Source: Macrostomum lignano
Taxonomy: Eukaryota
Assembly: GCA_002269645.1 (NCBI GenBank)
Contig: NIVC01000291.1
Location: 696,229 to 760,228, forward strand
Reading direction: 5' to 3'
DNA length: 64,000 nt
Positions 45,007 to 56,951 of this stretch are shown here, piece after piece. The stretch's first letter is position 1. Each line of letters starts with the position of its first letter. Below the pieces are notes generated by a model, which was not told the DNA's origin, ran no database searches, and was given only the letters and a program-made list of their open reading frames with translations. The position numbers and the translations under genes were made by a program.

Positions 45007-45535
45007 TGTTCCGAATGAAAAGGAAAAATCATTAAAATTGCGGCAGTATTTCTGGTGCTTTCTAGACCCATGCTGTGAGCTGATTTGAATAGGTGTTATG
45101 GAAAGCTAGGATGCTGCATTGGGGAGCGGAAAAGTGACTGTGCAGTATTCCTGCACTTCATTCTATTTCAATCTGACTGTACGCTGTTGGTGTGTAAGAG
45201 ATTTTCTGTGTGGAAGAGAACTTACTAGGGTGAGCGCATCTAGCTTTGCTGAGTCAGGGAAGGGATTTCCTGGCAAGGTTGCTAATGGGAGCATATTGTG
45301 TCGATATAAGGCCTTTCAGCAGCACAGCACTCCCCAGCCAAGAGTGCGCAGGCAGTCATAGCGATTGGGGAGTGTGCTGGTGGGAGGTGGAGGCTTATTG
45401 AGTGTCAAAGTAGAGCTTAAACTTGCGAGTCAATGCCGGCTCACCCTCCGAGCAGCCTCACCCTAAGCGTAGAAGTCTGAGTCTCATCTCAATTGTGGTT
45501 CTAGTCAAGAAAATATTTCTAACGGCTTTGGCAAG

Positions 45536-47872
45536 ATGCCCCGACGCATTCTTCGCCTCACCGGCGTCGCTGCTATTCTCGTGAGTAATTCCTGAGCAGG
45601 CTTGCCGTAGCAATAAATCACAAATAACTCCATCCGAGATAGCAGATAGATACTCACTGAAGGTCACTCTGCCGTGTGACCAGCAGTTCCCATTAGTTTG
45701 ACCGCAACTATATGTCATGGACACTATCTAATCATTGTGAGTTCTCCCTCTCAGCCATCTCTTCCCCTTTTTTCCAAAAATTCTGTTGAGAAATTCATGT
45801 TTCTTTTTGGCCTCCAGCATCGTCATCTGGTCATCCTGGGCCGAGTAGAATTCACGCTAGAATAAGCTGCATCTGTCTTCTGAAGCAAGATCCAGCACGT
45901 CCAGTGGAACATACTCAGGCTTTTTTTAATTCGATTCCGTTGGTAATTTTGGCTGCTGCACCCCGCCGGCTCACAAATTTAGGCATGCAGCGCAATAATC
46001 GGATTCGAACTGCTGCTCTGGCAGCCAAGCAAGCCACGGCTTCAGAGTGGCAGCGCGAAGGTGGCCGATAATCAGGAGCCTCGGTATGGAGCGATACCGA
46101 AGATTCTTCACCAGACCTTCGAGACTCGGAAGGTGTTCAACGAGTACAGGAAGTACATTGAGCGCTGCCTCAAGCTGAACCCCGACTGGGAGTACTACCT
46201 GTGGACGGACGAGGACATTGTGGCTTTCATCAGCGACTATTACCCGTTCTTCATGCGAAAGTACCTTTCATTCCGGATGCACGTCCAGAGAGCAGACAGC
46301 ATCCGCTACATGGTTCTGCATCACTTCGGAGGTGGGTGAAGCATCCTGCTTTAGAATGCCTCGAACCTCCAATCACTATGAAAAAGTTCAATTTAGTTCA
46401 TCGATATGACATTGAATACATATAGAGGTCATTGTTTCAGGAATTGAGATCAGAATGGGTTGGTGCGAGCTAGAGCCACTGTTCTAAGAATCTGGAAGGG
46501 AGATCAGTATGGGTTGGTGCGAGCTAGAGCCACTGTTCTAAGAATCTGGAAGCGAGATTAGTATGGGTTGGTGCGAGCTAGAGCCACTGTTCTAAGAATC
46601 TGGAAGGGAGATCAGTATGGGTTGGTACGAGCTAGAGCCACTGTTCTAAGAATCTGGAAGGGAGATCAGTATGGGTTGGTGTGAGCTAGAGCCACTGTTC
46701 TAAGAATCTGGAAGGGAGATCAGTATGGGTTGGTGTGAGCTAGAGCCACTGTTCTAAGAATCTGGAAGCGAGATTAGTATGGGTTGGTGCGAGCTAGAGC
46801 CACTGTTCTAAGAATCTGGAAGGGAGATCAGTATGGGTTGGTACGAGCTAGAGCCACTGTTCTAAGAATCTGGAAGGGAGATCAGTATGGGTTGGTGTGA
46901 GCTAGAGCCACTGTTCTAAGAATCTGGAAGGGAGATTAGTATGGGTTGGTGCGAACTAGAGCCACTGTTCTAAGAATCTGGAAGGGATATCAGTATGGTC
47001 TCCCGACGATGAGAGTTAGGGACTCTTGCTCGTACTCTACGAACAATACGAGCTAGAGCCACTGTTCTAAGAATCTGGAAGGAGTTCGTTTCGCACAAAT
47101 GTACAGAAGTGTCCTTTCCAGGCATCTACATCGACATGGACGTCGAGTGCGTGAAGCCGTTCTTCCCGAGCCTTGAAAACCTCACGGCCTTCGTGGATCA
47201 GGAGGCCAAGGAGCACGCTGTGATTCTCTACGGCAAGGACTTCAGCGCCATGAACAGCGCCATGGGATCCGTGCCCGGACATCCGTTCTTCCTGCGTCTC
47301 GTGTTCGCCATGATGGAAGTGGACGACAGTCAACATCGGGGAGACGCTTTAGCGACCACCGGTCCCCGTTTGCTCACCAGCCAGCTGCAGAGCTGGTGGG
47401 CTGACAATGCCACTAATCGGCACCAGGTGACGCTGCTGGATCCGCAGGTGTTCAGCCCAATTATTGACGACGAGGCGCATGACTTCAAGACCATGTGCAG
47501 GCTGCTGCATGCTTGTAAGTGTTTTCGAAGTTTTAACTTTCTCTAGAATAAACAAGTGCAGTAGCCGTAAATGATAAATGGTTCGCTATTCAAAATATTT
47601 TAGCCACACCGAATCCAAAAGATGCAACTGCTCGGCGGGTTAAGGAGATGCAGTTGCAGCTGTGCAGGCGGTACGCGGAGCGCAACTGGAGTCGCGACCT
47701 GACGGGCCCGGAAACAGTGGGCCGCCACCTCTTCCTGCACCTCGGCTACAGGTGGAATAATTGGTTGAAGTGGAAACAAAAGCACCTTCACGCCTACTTC
47801 AGCTTTTTCGACATTCAAGACGTCGCTAAGAATGTGAATTTCTACACACAGAAAAGGAATTCTACGCTTTAA
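45536..47872 (+). CDS. GT32 glycosyltransferase paralog D. Exons 45536-45580, 45983-46331, 47122-47514, 47604-47872; 351 aa
   Basis: Anchor MPRRILRLTGVAAILACSAIIGFELLLW; IPKILHQTF, DSIRYMVLHHFGGIYIDMDVEC and FLHLGYRW. The spliced length of 1056 nt is in frame. Confidence 0.88.
46447..47080. repeat. 54-bp minisatellite, about 10 copies plus a partial one, in intron 2 of GT32-D
   Basis: Period 54 (46457, 46511...). Confidence 0.95.
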
Positions 47873-48038
47873 TAGGATTCTTTTTCTTTTAAAAAGTAAA
47901 TTTTGGCTAATAAAGACAGCTAGCTGGTACTTTCACTTTAAAAAAACTGGATGCTCATTTCTCTATATCGATCGAAGAAAGAGAATACATATTTTAGGTC
48001 GCGCATGAGATACGCAGTTTTGTGCGCTATTAATGACT

Positions 48039-48510
48039 AGTAGAAGGCATGAGGGGGCTTTTGGACAAAATTTTTCACGTCCTCCATAATCCCATTAAAT
48101 CCATCCATATTATCCCTGACAGAATCAGAAAAAAAGGGGGTCGCACTCGCTCCGAAAACGTCCTCCATAATCCACCTAAATCCATCCATATTATCCCCGA
48201 CAGAATCAGAAAAAAGGGGGTCGCACTCGCTCACAAAACATCCTCCATAATCCTATTAAATCCATCCATATTATCCCTGACAGAATCAGAGCATTATCCC
48301 TGACAGAATCAGAGCATAACAGTAGGACACCTGTTATGCTCACTGACACAGACATAATCCACTAACATCCACCCATAGCATCTTCGAAACAATCTGAAAA
48401 TAATCTGTATTCTTCTCCCCACATTCAATCCGCAACGTGCTACCACATCCCTAAAACTTTAAATCCCCTAACCCAGGGTCCTTACCCATTGAAAAAAAAT
48501 AAATAATTTT
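48039..48510. repeat. Left terminal inverted repeat containing three about 80-bp subterminal direct repeats
   Basis: TCCATAATCC..TAAATCCATCCATATTATCCC.GACAGAATCAGA repeats at about 48082, 48164 and 48243. The inner part pairs with the right TIR. The outer boundary is inferred. Confidence 0.75.
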
Positions 48511-48965
48511 ATTATTCATTAGTAAGAATTATATATTTATTAACGGTTGCACAGCTGATAGGATATGTATTAACTATTACAAGAGTATCAAAAATGGTAG
48601 AAAAAACAGACACTATGTAGGATCTGCGTTAGAATTCTTCAACAACATACAGAGCCAGCCTAGCGTTCCTTTGAGCCAGCAGCTAGATTCTCTAACGCGT
48701 TAGAATTTTCTATGTGAAAATTTGGTGTGCCCAAGCTTATCATGCGGGAAGCTTTTCACATAGAAAATTCTAACGGCGTTAGAATTTAAAACCCACCGAC
48801 TGAGTTGCACACAGTACTGAGAAAATTGCTACCCTCCTCTACTTAACCAATCGGCTGTCTCCAGTTGTTGAATCTTCTCTTTGAAATTCTAACGCGTTAG
48901 AAAAATTCTAAATGAACTGAATTTAAAAATTACACAACTTTCCACGCAGGATCACTGGCCAAAAT

Positions 48966-49442
48966 TTATTCTAGAAACTTCATCTTAGAGTTTAGTTCCC
49001 TAATTGGCATTGACACCTGTCTCAAGCCTGGGTAGGTAACAGACAGTTTGTACAGACGAATGTACAAATAGCCAGTTGATTCCTGGATGTTTACATTTTT
49101 ACACAAATGGGCGAACCGCACTTTAACATCTTGTCCAAAGTTCTCGGTGCGATAAGTTTTTAGCAGCCGCCCAACTTCGAGAATCCAATGTAGACCTCCA
49201 ATTTGAGTCTTCTTGTATTTTGCTAGAGCCGCCTTCACCCTAGTGATGATGTTCTGCTCGCCAGATGGAAGCTGGTGATCAACAGCGTCCATCAGCTGAT
49301 CAGCTAGTGTTACGCGGGATGCGTACAACTTCTCCCTGAATATCTGCAGATCCGCCATCTTCTTCTGCAGAGCCGCCGCCTTCTTCTCTTCGCTACTCAC
49401 ATTTTGCGCTTCATTCGCTGCGGCGATATCATCAGGGGCCAT
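48966..49442 (-). CDS. Polinton accessory ORF, possibly a DUF3102-like HTH protein (may extend to about 49720 through frameshifts)
   Basis: ILEVGRLLKTYR...FAHLCKNVNIQESTGYLYIRLY resembles the IxEIGxxL...SxRTAxxYM pattern. Pattern recognition only. Confidence 0.45.
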   Translation of the reverse strand: MAPDDIAAANEAQNVSSEEKKAAALQKKMADLQIFREKLYASRVTLADQLMDAVDHQLPSGEQNIITRVKAALAKYKKTQIGGLHWILEVGRLLKTYRTENFGQDVKVRFAHLCKNVNIQESTGYLYIRLYKLSVTYPGLRQVSMPIRELNSKMKFLE

Positions 49443-50433
49443 GGCGAAAAACTCGATTGGTAGGTCGCCAGTTTCTAGACCGAAAAAAGGTGGTTAGTTC
49501 CTCTCTTCTTCTTGCTTGTAGATGTGACGGAATATCCTGTAAAACTCTTTGTAGCATGGCACAAAGGCCTTGCTTATCTGTCAAATGAAGATTCCACTCG
49601 ACTTCCATTTTCTAAATTTTCTTGTCTTCTAATCTTCTAGTTTGGCGGACAATTTCTTAGATCACTTTCAGCGTGCTTAAGTTCCTGCAGTCGTCGTTTC
49701 TCAGTCGCAGTTGATGGCATATGCGGGGAGAATCAACCCGAGTGTTTCTGCATTTGCTTAAATACAGCTATACAGCTAGAAAATTCCAGAAAATTCTTAG
49801 ACTGTACAATCTTGGAGTCAAGCAGGGAAAAAATAATTGATATAGCTCAGTGAACGATAGAACATGAGGCGTGTGAATGTGAGGGTGAGCGATCGATTCC
49901 CTCCACCCGCTTGAAGTCCCCATACATTTCCTTGGTTGAATGGGTTTGTCAAAACGGAAAGGAAAGCACGCGTGGAACTTGTACATTCGCAAAATCGATT
50001 AGAGGGCTGCGCTCCCTCAGCAAATAGCAGTTACCCCACCCCCTTCTGCTTCTACTTTTCAAAATGCAGCTGTTGCGCTTGGTTAGGGCTGAGAATAACA
50101 GTTAACCCTTCCCGACTCAAGCGCCTCTCTCTACCCCGCCCCATATCTTCATACCGTAGAGACCAACTAGGCGGGCCACATTCCGAGGCCAAATCGGCGG
50201 GCCGAGGCCAACTCGGCGGGCCAACTGGCCTCGCAATTTGGCCAATAATCAATATCAATCAAGGAGGGAATCTCAACATACACAGTCCATGCATGCTAAT
50301 GGCGGCGAAGCGGTTGACTTTTTATTTTCTGCTCTTAGCTCTCTGGAGAATGAGAATCTCTCTTGTGCGCAACTCTTTAGGGAATAAAAAACTGTACTTA
50401 CTCAAATCCACACTTGCTCATGCCCTTCCCGAT

Positions 50434-50934
50434 TCAAGCGCCCCTTTCTACCCCCAGCTCTTTCAGCAGTCTTCCCAATTCATTGTTAGGAGCGCACAAA
50501 ATAAACTCTGCTCCCGTGCGTTCGCCCTCTCTCCCCGTGCACTCGCCCTCTCTCCCCAAACACCCGCCCTCGGCGTACACCCCCAACCCCAGTTTTGTCT
50601 TACTAAAAATAACAGCTTTAACTATCTTCCGAGCGATCGACTCACGAAATCCGCTTGAAATCCCCATATTGTCGAGTCTCCTGAGCATTTCTTTGTCCCA
50701 CCGATTCTTCTCCTCAGGAAAATCTCTATACTTGATGTCATGCCACATGCACACAGAGTCTAGCTCGTTCACAGGCTCATGCCCAGGATTTGGATTATCG
50801 TTTGTATCTAACTGAATTTCAAGTGGATTCAAAGGCCCGCAATATTTGTATCCGGGAATTGTCCAGCCTTTGTTTGGATGAGGAAGCTTTTGTATCAGTC
50901 CATGTGAATCTATTTTACCACCAGAGCGTTGCAT
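50434..50934 (-). CDS. Parvovirus-type phospholipase A2 domain protein (adintovirus PLA2X-like)
   Basis: PGYKYCGPLN (Ca-binding loop), PVNELDSVCMWHDIKY (catalytic HD), downstream WDKEM Asp, and C-terminal KTKLGLG. Confidence 0.88.
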   Translation of the reverse strand: MQRSGGKIDSHGLIQKLPHPNKGWTIPGYKYCGPLNPLEIQLDTNDNPNPGHEPVNELDSVCMWHDIKYRDFPEEKNRWDKEMLRRLDNMGISSGFRESIARKIVKAVIFSKTKLGLGVYAEGGCLGREGECTGREGERTGAEFILCAPNNELGRLLKELGVERGA

Positions 50935-50964
50935 TATTTTATTTAAAATTTTCTTTTTAAATAA

Positions 50965-52003
50965 ATGACAGATCAGAAACTTAAAAAACTCTACTACAGC
51001 GACAAAGGATTCTTTGTAGGCAAAAATGCCGTTAGTAAACTCATGGAGCTGAGTAAGGAGCCAAAAGCTACAGTAGAAAAATGGCTCTCTAAGCAGGCTG
51101 TCTTTCAAGTCTATTTCCCACCAGTAAAATTTGAAAGGCCCCATTTCAGTATTTATAAACCTAATGAAGCGCACCGAAGCAGATCTTTTGTTTCTCCCCA
51201 ACGACTCAGGCTACAAGTATGCTCTTACAATTATTGACATTGCTTCCAGATATAAGGAAGCTCGCCCACTCAAGACGAAGAAGTCAGAGGTTGTTGCCAG
51301 CGCACTGCAAGATATTTATAAAAACTCTCCGCTCACATACCCCCAAATCTTTATGACCGACCCGGGTAAGGAATTCATGGGTGTAGTGAAATCCCTTATG
51401 GAAAAGAAAAACACAGAGATTCGCTATGGCAGAACAAACTTGCACAGAGACCAGGCTTTTGTGGAAAGATTCAATCTAACTCTAGCCAAGAGACTATTCA
51501 CTAAGCAGACAGCGCAAGAACTCAAACTGAGTGCGGGGCAGTACTATACCAAGTGGACAGAAAGACTCCCCACTGTTATAGAGCAACTGAACAATGAAGT
51601 CACACGCATGACTGGATTGAAACCATCCCATGCAATTAAACAAGACACTGTCGAACTTAAGGCATCTCATAGAACAGACAACAACACGACAACCCCACAC
51701 AACACACACAACACAAAACACACCTCGAACTACCCTAAGCTTCCAGGAGTTGAATCACCATACATACTGACAAACTCTGAGTTTCTACGCTTTTTATATC
51801 TACCTGGAGAGCTAGAGAAAGACACCAAAAGAAGAGCTACAGATCCATACTTCAGCCTTGATGTGCATAAAATAGACAGACATTTTACCTCCGACTCCGG
51901 TGACTATTACTTTTTATCTCAAGCCTTTAACCCTAAATCCCCCACGCGGTCATTCACTAGAGCTGAACTCCTAGTGATACCAGCTGACACAGAAATTAAT
52001 TAA
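50965..52003 (+). CDS. Retroviral-like DDE integrase (one frameshift near 51172)
   Basis: ADLLF (D), YALTIIDIASRY, TDPGKEF (D), AFVERFNLTL (E), and C-terminal RATDPYFS...SFTRAELL. Confidence 0.92.
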
Positions 52004-52019
52004 AATATTAAAATAAAAA

Positions 52020-52465
52020 ATGACAAAGATTGAAACCAGAACCATCAATAAACTCAATAAAATCATTGAATCAAAGAAACCAGGTATTATATCAATTAAA
52101 GGTGCCAAAGTAAAAATCGATCCCACGCAGCAAATAGTTCAGTGTAATGAGCAAAGACACAGCATCACAGATGAAAAGTCAGGAGGAATCCTACCATTAG
52201 CAGCTCTTATCCGATCATTGCAGGCGCTGTAAGTGCCGCAGGTGGTGTAGCTGGAGGTGTAGCAACTGCTGTTAAAGCTGGTAATGATAGAGCCCACCAG
52301 CTTGAATTGCAAAAGATTGCAAGAGACAAAGGTATAACAATTAAGGCAGGAGAGGGCTGCCCCGATCGTGATGATTGTGAGAATGAAAATTCTGTAAGCA
52401 AGTCTGACATTGTCAAAGCAATCATGACACTGCACAATGCTGGGTTTACAATAATGCGCATGTGA
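52020..52465 (+). CDS. Adenovirus pX/mu-like core protein precursor (one frameshift near 52210)
   Basis: Restoring one C gives KSGG-ILPLAALIPIIAGAVSAAGGVAGGVATAVKA, matching adenoviral pX RGG-FLPALIPIIAAAIGA. Confidence 0.72.
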
Positions 52466-52589
52466 TGAGGTTTAAAACCCCACTTTATCCAGCTTCATAA
52501 ACCTAACGCTACTGATAGGATGTAGAAACAGTTCAACTTTTCTATCAGGGTGGTCACCCTCAAAAATTTTTTTTTATTTTAGAGAAAAA

Positions 52590-55500
52590 ATGCCAAAAGC
52601 TAATCCAGCAAAAGATTTAGTCAACAAATATTTTTCATTTACCCTAACAAGGCGTCTCATTTCAAGAAAAAGTAATTTACTAAGAGAAGCATGTAAACAA
52701 AAGTTTAACACCGACCCTGGTCACCTGGGAAGCTATGAAAAACAGTTGGAAATCATCAAACAATTAGAATCCAACCAGTATGCGCCTATACAAAATCCTG
52801 CAAAGGAACACCAAGAGAGGAGTCGCAACTTAGTTAACAAATACGAAACTCTCACTGGTGAAAAAGCAAAGTACCCACAAAATAAGCAGGAACAAGAGAA
52901 ATTAGAGCAATTAATCCATTTAAAAGAGTCGGAGCTTGCCACTGAAGAGATTAATTTTGCACAGAGGAAGTTTACAGAACATTACATAGAGTACACAATC
53001 CCAATTAACGGCACCAACGGCACCACCGCAAACATCTACGACTATAAAGACAGCATCCAATCAGTTGTTGATCACACACTCAAAACACGCAAGACCTTTA
53101 AACTACAGATATCATTCAAGATTGCGTTTTATATGCCTGCAAAACCCACTGAGCATCTCGAGTATTACATGACAACAAAGGCAAAGCCATTCACCCCAAC
53201 AGACACACTGGATCCTTTCCTTCAAGATGTCACTAAGAAAATTGAAGCGTTTACATCCAGAGGTTCCGGATGGGTCGTGGGAGGGATTCAAAGAGCGACT
53301 GTCATGGTCATGAAATATGACCCACTTAAAGCCTCCTCTTATATAGAGCTCCCACACAAGCTAGCCGGCAAAAAAGCTTGCATAAATGTTAAAAATAAAG
53401 ACAATTGCTGTGCTCTATGGGCAGTTCTTTCTGCACTTCTTTATGATAGTGTCCCTCACCACCCCGAAAGAACCTCAAATTATCAAAATTATTTCAACTA
53501 CTATCTCATCGAATGCGAAAAGAAGGGAATCAGGTTTGACAAAGGAGGCTTGGCATCTCTCAGATCCCAAAGCTAGAAGAAGTGTTTAATAACAAAATTA
53601 GAATCACAGTCTTTGAGTGGAGTGAGAAAACTGAAAAGTTCAACCGGTCAGATGTAGCAAAGACGTTTTAGATCCTGAGGGAAAAGGCGGACTGAAGTGG
53701 ATCTTCTAGTGATTGGTAATTTACTAGAGGAGGCTCACTATGTTTGGATTAAAGATCTTTCAAGACTCATTCACAAGCAGTTGAATAATCATCACGAGGC
53801 TGTTGCCATCTGCCGCTTGTGCCTTAAGCATTACAGTGGACCTGAACGCTTTGAAAAGCTAACAGAGCATGAATTATCATGCGAGGATCACCCGACAAAC
53901 TGCTCTCTTCCTTCAGCTGAAGAGAAGTATCTCCGGTTTAAGAACTATCACAAGATGGAGAAGCTCCCATTTGTTGTATATGCTGATTTCGAATGCTCAA
54001 TCGTGCCAGAAACTCAAAAACAAACTCAAACTCAAAAACATATCCCCAATTCAGTAGCATATGCCTTTATTAATACAAAAGGACTTGTTGAGTATAATTA
54101 TTTCTTTGGAGAGCAGTGTGTGGAGCAGTTTATTGCCAGAATGTTAGAGTTGCAAAAAGTATTAGCACCCTTCAACCTGTTCCAATAATGATGACTGAGG
54201 AGGATGAAAGCAATTTCCTATCAGCAACTCATTGCCACATCTGCAGGAAACATTTAACTTGCACTAATATTAAAAACCCACCGTTAGGGACCACTGCCAC
54301 TATACTGGGAAATTTAGAGGTGCAGCGCATAACACCTGTAATCTAAAGCTAAAATCGAACATTCATGATCTAACATATTTTGTCACAACGCAAAGAACTA
54401 TGACATGCATTTAATAGTTGAAAAAATCGGCATGATTCCAGACATACACCTTGATTGCATCGCAGAGAACAAGGAGAAGTTTAAGTGTGTTGATATTAAA
54501 CAGGATAATTCGGGTACAGGTAAAATAAGACTGAAGGATTCATATCAATTTCTAGCTGCCAGTCTAGACGAACTAAGCAAGAATCTAAAAGATGAACAAT
54601 GTACATATACAAAGATGTTTGCAAGTAAAATTAACAACACTGATGAATCATTTAAACTTTTAAGAAAGAAAGGCTTCTACCCCTATGAAAATATTACTGG
54701 GTATCACGTATTTGAAGAAGGTTTACCACCACAGGAGAAGTTCTTTTCAAAGCTAACAGACTCTGGAATCTCTGACAAAGACTATGAGCACGCGAAGCAT
54801 GTCTATAATTACTTTAATTGTCAAAACTTCTTCCAGTATCACCTGCTTTACCTCTACACAGATGTGTTTCTGCTGGCCGATGTGTTTGAAACCTTCAGAT
54901 ACACCTGGTACACAGCATATGGCCTCGATCCAGCACATTATGTGTCTCTGCCTGCCACTAGCTGGGAATCTTTGCTTAAAATGAAATGGGATCAAGATCC
55001 AGATTGGTACATTGAACTTCTTACAGACATTGACATGTACAATTTTGTCGAATCGTCAAAGCGAGGGGGAATCTCAATTTGCGTTAACAGGTATGCAAAA
55101 GCAAACAATCCCTACATTGAATCTTACAATAAGGAGCAGCCCTCAAACTACATTACTTACTTGGACGCTAATAATCTCTACGGGTGGGCGATGAGTCAAG
55201 ATCTTCCAGTTAGAGATTTTCGATGGCTACCCTCATCAGAACTAAAGTGGGACTTTTCATTGGCTGCCATTTATGAGTTGATGTTTACATTCCACCAGAG
55301 CTTCACGACTATTTCTCTGACTTTCCACCCTTCCCAGAGAACATCAAGTGCCCGAAAATAATCGAAACTCCCAATGATAATAATGGAACTTGGCACCTGT
55401 CAGGAACAGAAAAAGAACATACAGAGAAACTAACACAGAATCTAAACAACAAGACACGTTACAAAATCCATTACAAACTGCTTCAGTATTTTATCTCACT

Positions 55501-56415
55501 TGGTTGCAGGGTCACCAAAGTTCACAGGGCTCTTACATTTACAGAGGAAGCGTGGATGAAACCCTACATTGATAAGAACACCCAGTTTAGGACCAAAGCA
55601 ACCAACGACTTTGACAAGAACCTCTTTAAGTTGCCAACAACTCTGTCTATGGCAAGACTCTTGAGAATGAGCGGAAAAGAACAAACCTGAAACTTGTTAC
55701 CTCATCAGAGCCTGCTGTTATTCAGGCAAATATGTCAAAGCCAACATTCAAAGAACTCCATATCTTTAATAGCTACTTAGGTGTGATCATATTTTACAAA
55801 ACCAAGGTGACGCTGCGCAAGCCGATCTATACAGGTGTCACTGTTCTCGACGAATCAAAACGTCTGATGTACCAGTTCTTCTATGGCATGAAGCAGCAGT
55901 ACAAGGATAAAATGAAACTCTTGTACACTGACACAGACAGTTTTATTATGGACATTCAAACAGAAGACATTTATCAGGACATGCTGCAGCAAAAAGATTT
56001 GTTTGACTTGTCTGAGTATGATGAATCTTGCAGGACACAGAATGGCGATCAAGTGTTTGACGCCACTAACAAGAAAGTGATTGGGAAAATGAAGGACGAG
56101 ATTGCTGGTGACATAATCACTGAATTCATTGGGTTGAGAGCAAAGTCCTATTTTGTAAAATGTGAGTCGTCAGACCCAATTAAAAAATCAAAGGGAATTC
56201 CGAAACGTGTGGTTAGGAAGGAAATTAATGAAGCTGAATACAGAGACGCCTTGAATTGCAACAAAAAGACATCACATGAGTTCTCAAAGCTACAATCTAA
56301 AAACCATATTATTCACACAATTCAGCAAAAGAAGATTGGACTGTCAGGTGCAGATAACAAGAGATTCATTTTTGATGACAATATCAACAGTCTACCGTTC
56401 GGGCATGGAGATTAG
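52590..56415 (+). CDS. polB: Protein-primed family B DNA polymerase (about ten frame breaks)
   Basis: GSGW N-terminal region; exonuclease motifs YADFE, HN..YD and Y...DV; CHIC...DHCH...AH..CN insert; polymerase motifs YLDANNLYGWAM, K..NSVYGK (frameshifted), YTDTDS, GKMKDE, RAKSY, KGI and DNKR. Confidence 0.95.
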
Positions 56416-56488
56416 GTTTAGGAGGTTGGGTTTAGGAGGTGGAGGTTGGGTTTAGGTTTAAGAGAAAGTTTAATAAACCTCATAAAAA

Positions 56489-56951
56489 ATGACACAAATA
56501 ACTTTCTTGAAGATTTGGCTAACGAACTGGAAATCCCAAACTTTAGAGGAATATTTATGAGGGACACTCTGCCTGATTTTCCTCTAAGAAAGGAATGCGG
56601 CATCATGAACTTTGACACCACCGATAAGCCAGGATCTCATTGGGTTTGCTGGGTGATTGATCCCGATCGCAAGCACAAGTGTTATTACTTCGATAGCTAT
56701 GGGACGGCAGTACCAGAAGAGCTAAGAAATTATATGAAGGGAAAAAAAATAAAAAAATTTATCGCTCAGACTTTATTCTCCAAGGTCTTAGCAGTGATAT
56801 TTGCGGTGAGCTGTGCATGACTGTTTTGTATGCAATGACCAAAACACGAAAGACCTACAAGGAAATTATTCTTGCTGTGTTTCATAGGGTTCATTGTGCA
56901 TTTCTCGTCGTCCTTCTTACCGAATTTCTCGTTGTCCTTCTTTCCGCATAA
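56489..56951 (+). CDS. Adenain-like cysteine maturation protease (frameshifts near both ends)
   Basis: FRGIFMRD, GSHWV (His), YFDSYG (Asp), and Q.LSSDICG (Gln/Cys) in a shifted frame. The 3' end is uncertain. Confidence 0.88.

Noticed and set aside
43735-45088. Six ORFs of 379-435 aa
   Set aside because: All are frames of the about 32-bp minisatellite.
49936-50658. 240-aa plus-strand ORF inside the Polinton
   Set aside because: It has a TTG start and low-information sequence, overlaps the PLA2 gene antisense, and shows no motif.
56415-56460. TTAGG-like G-rich stretch between PolB and the protease as a telomeric seed
   Set aside because: It is only about 45 bp, irregular and internal to the virus.
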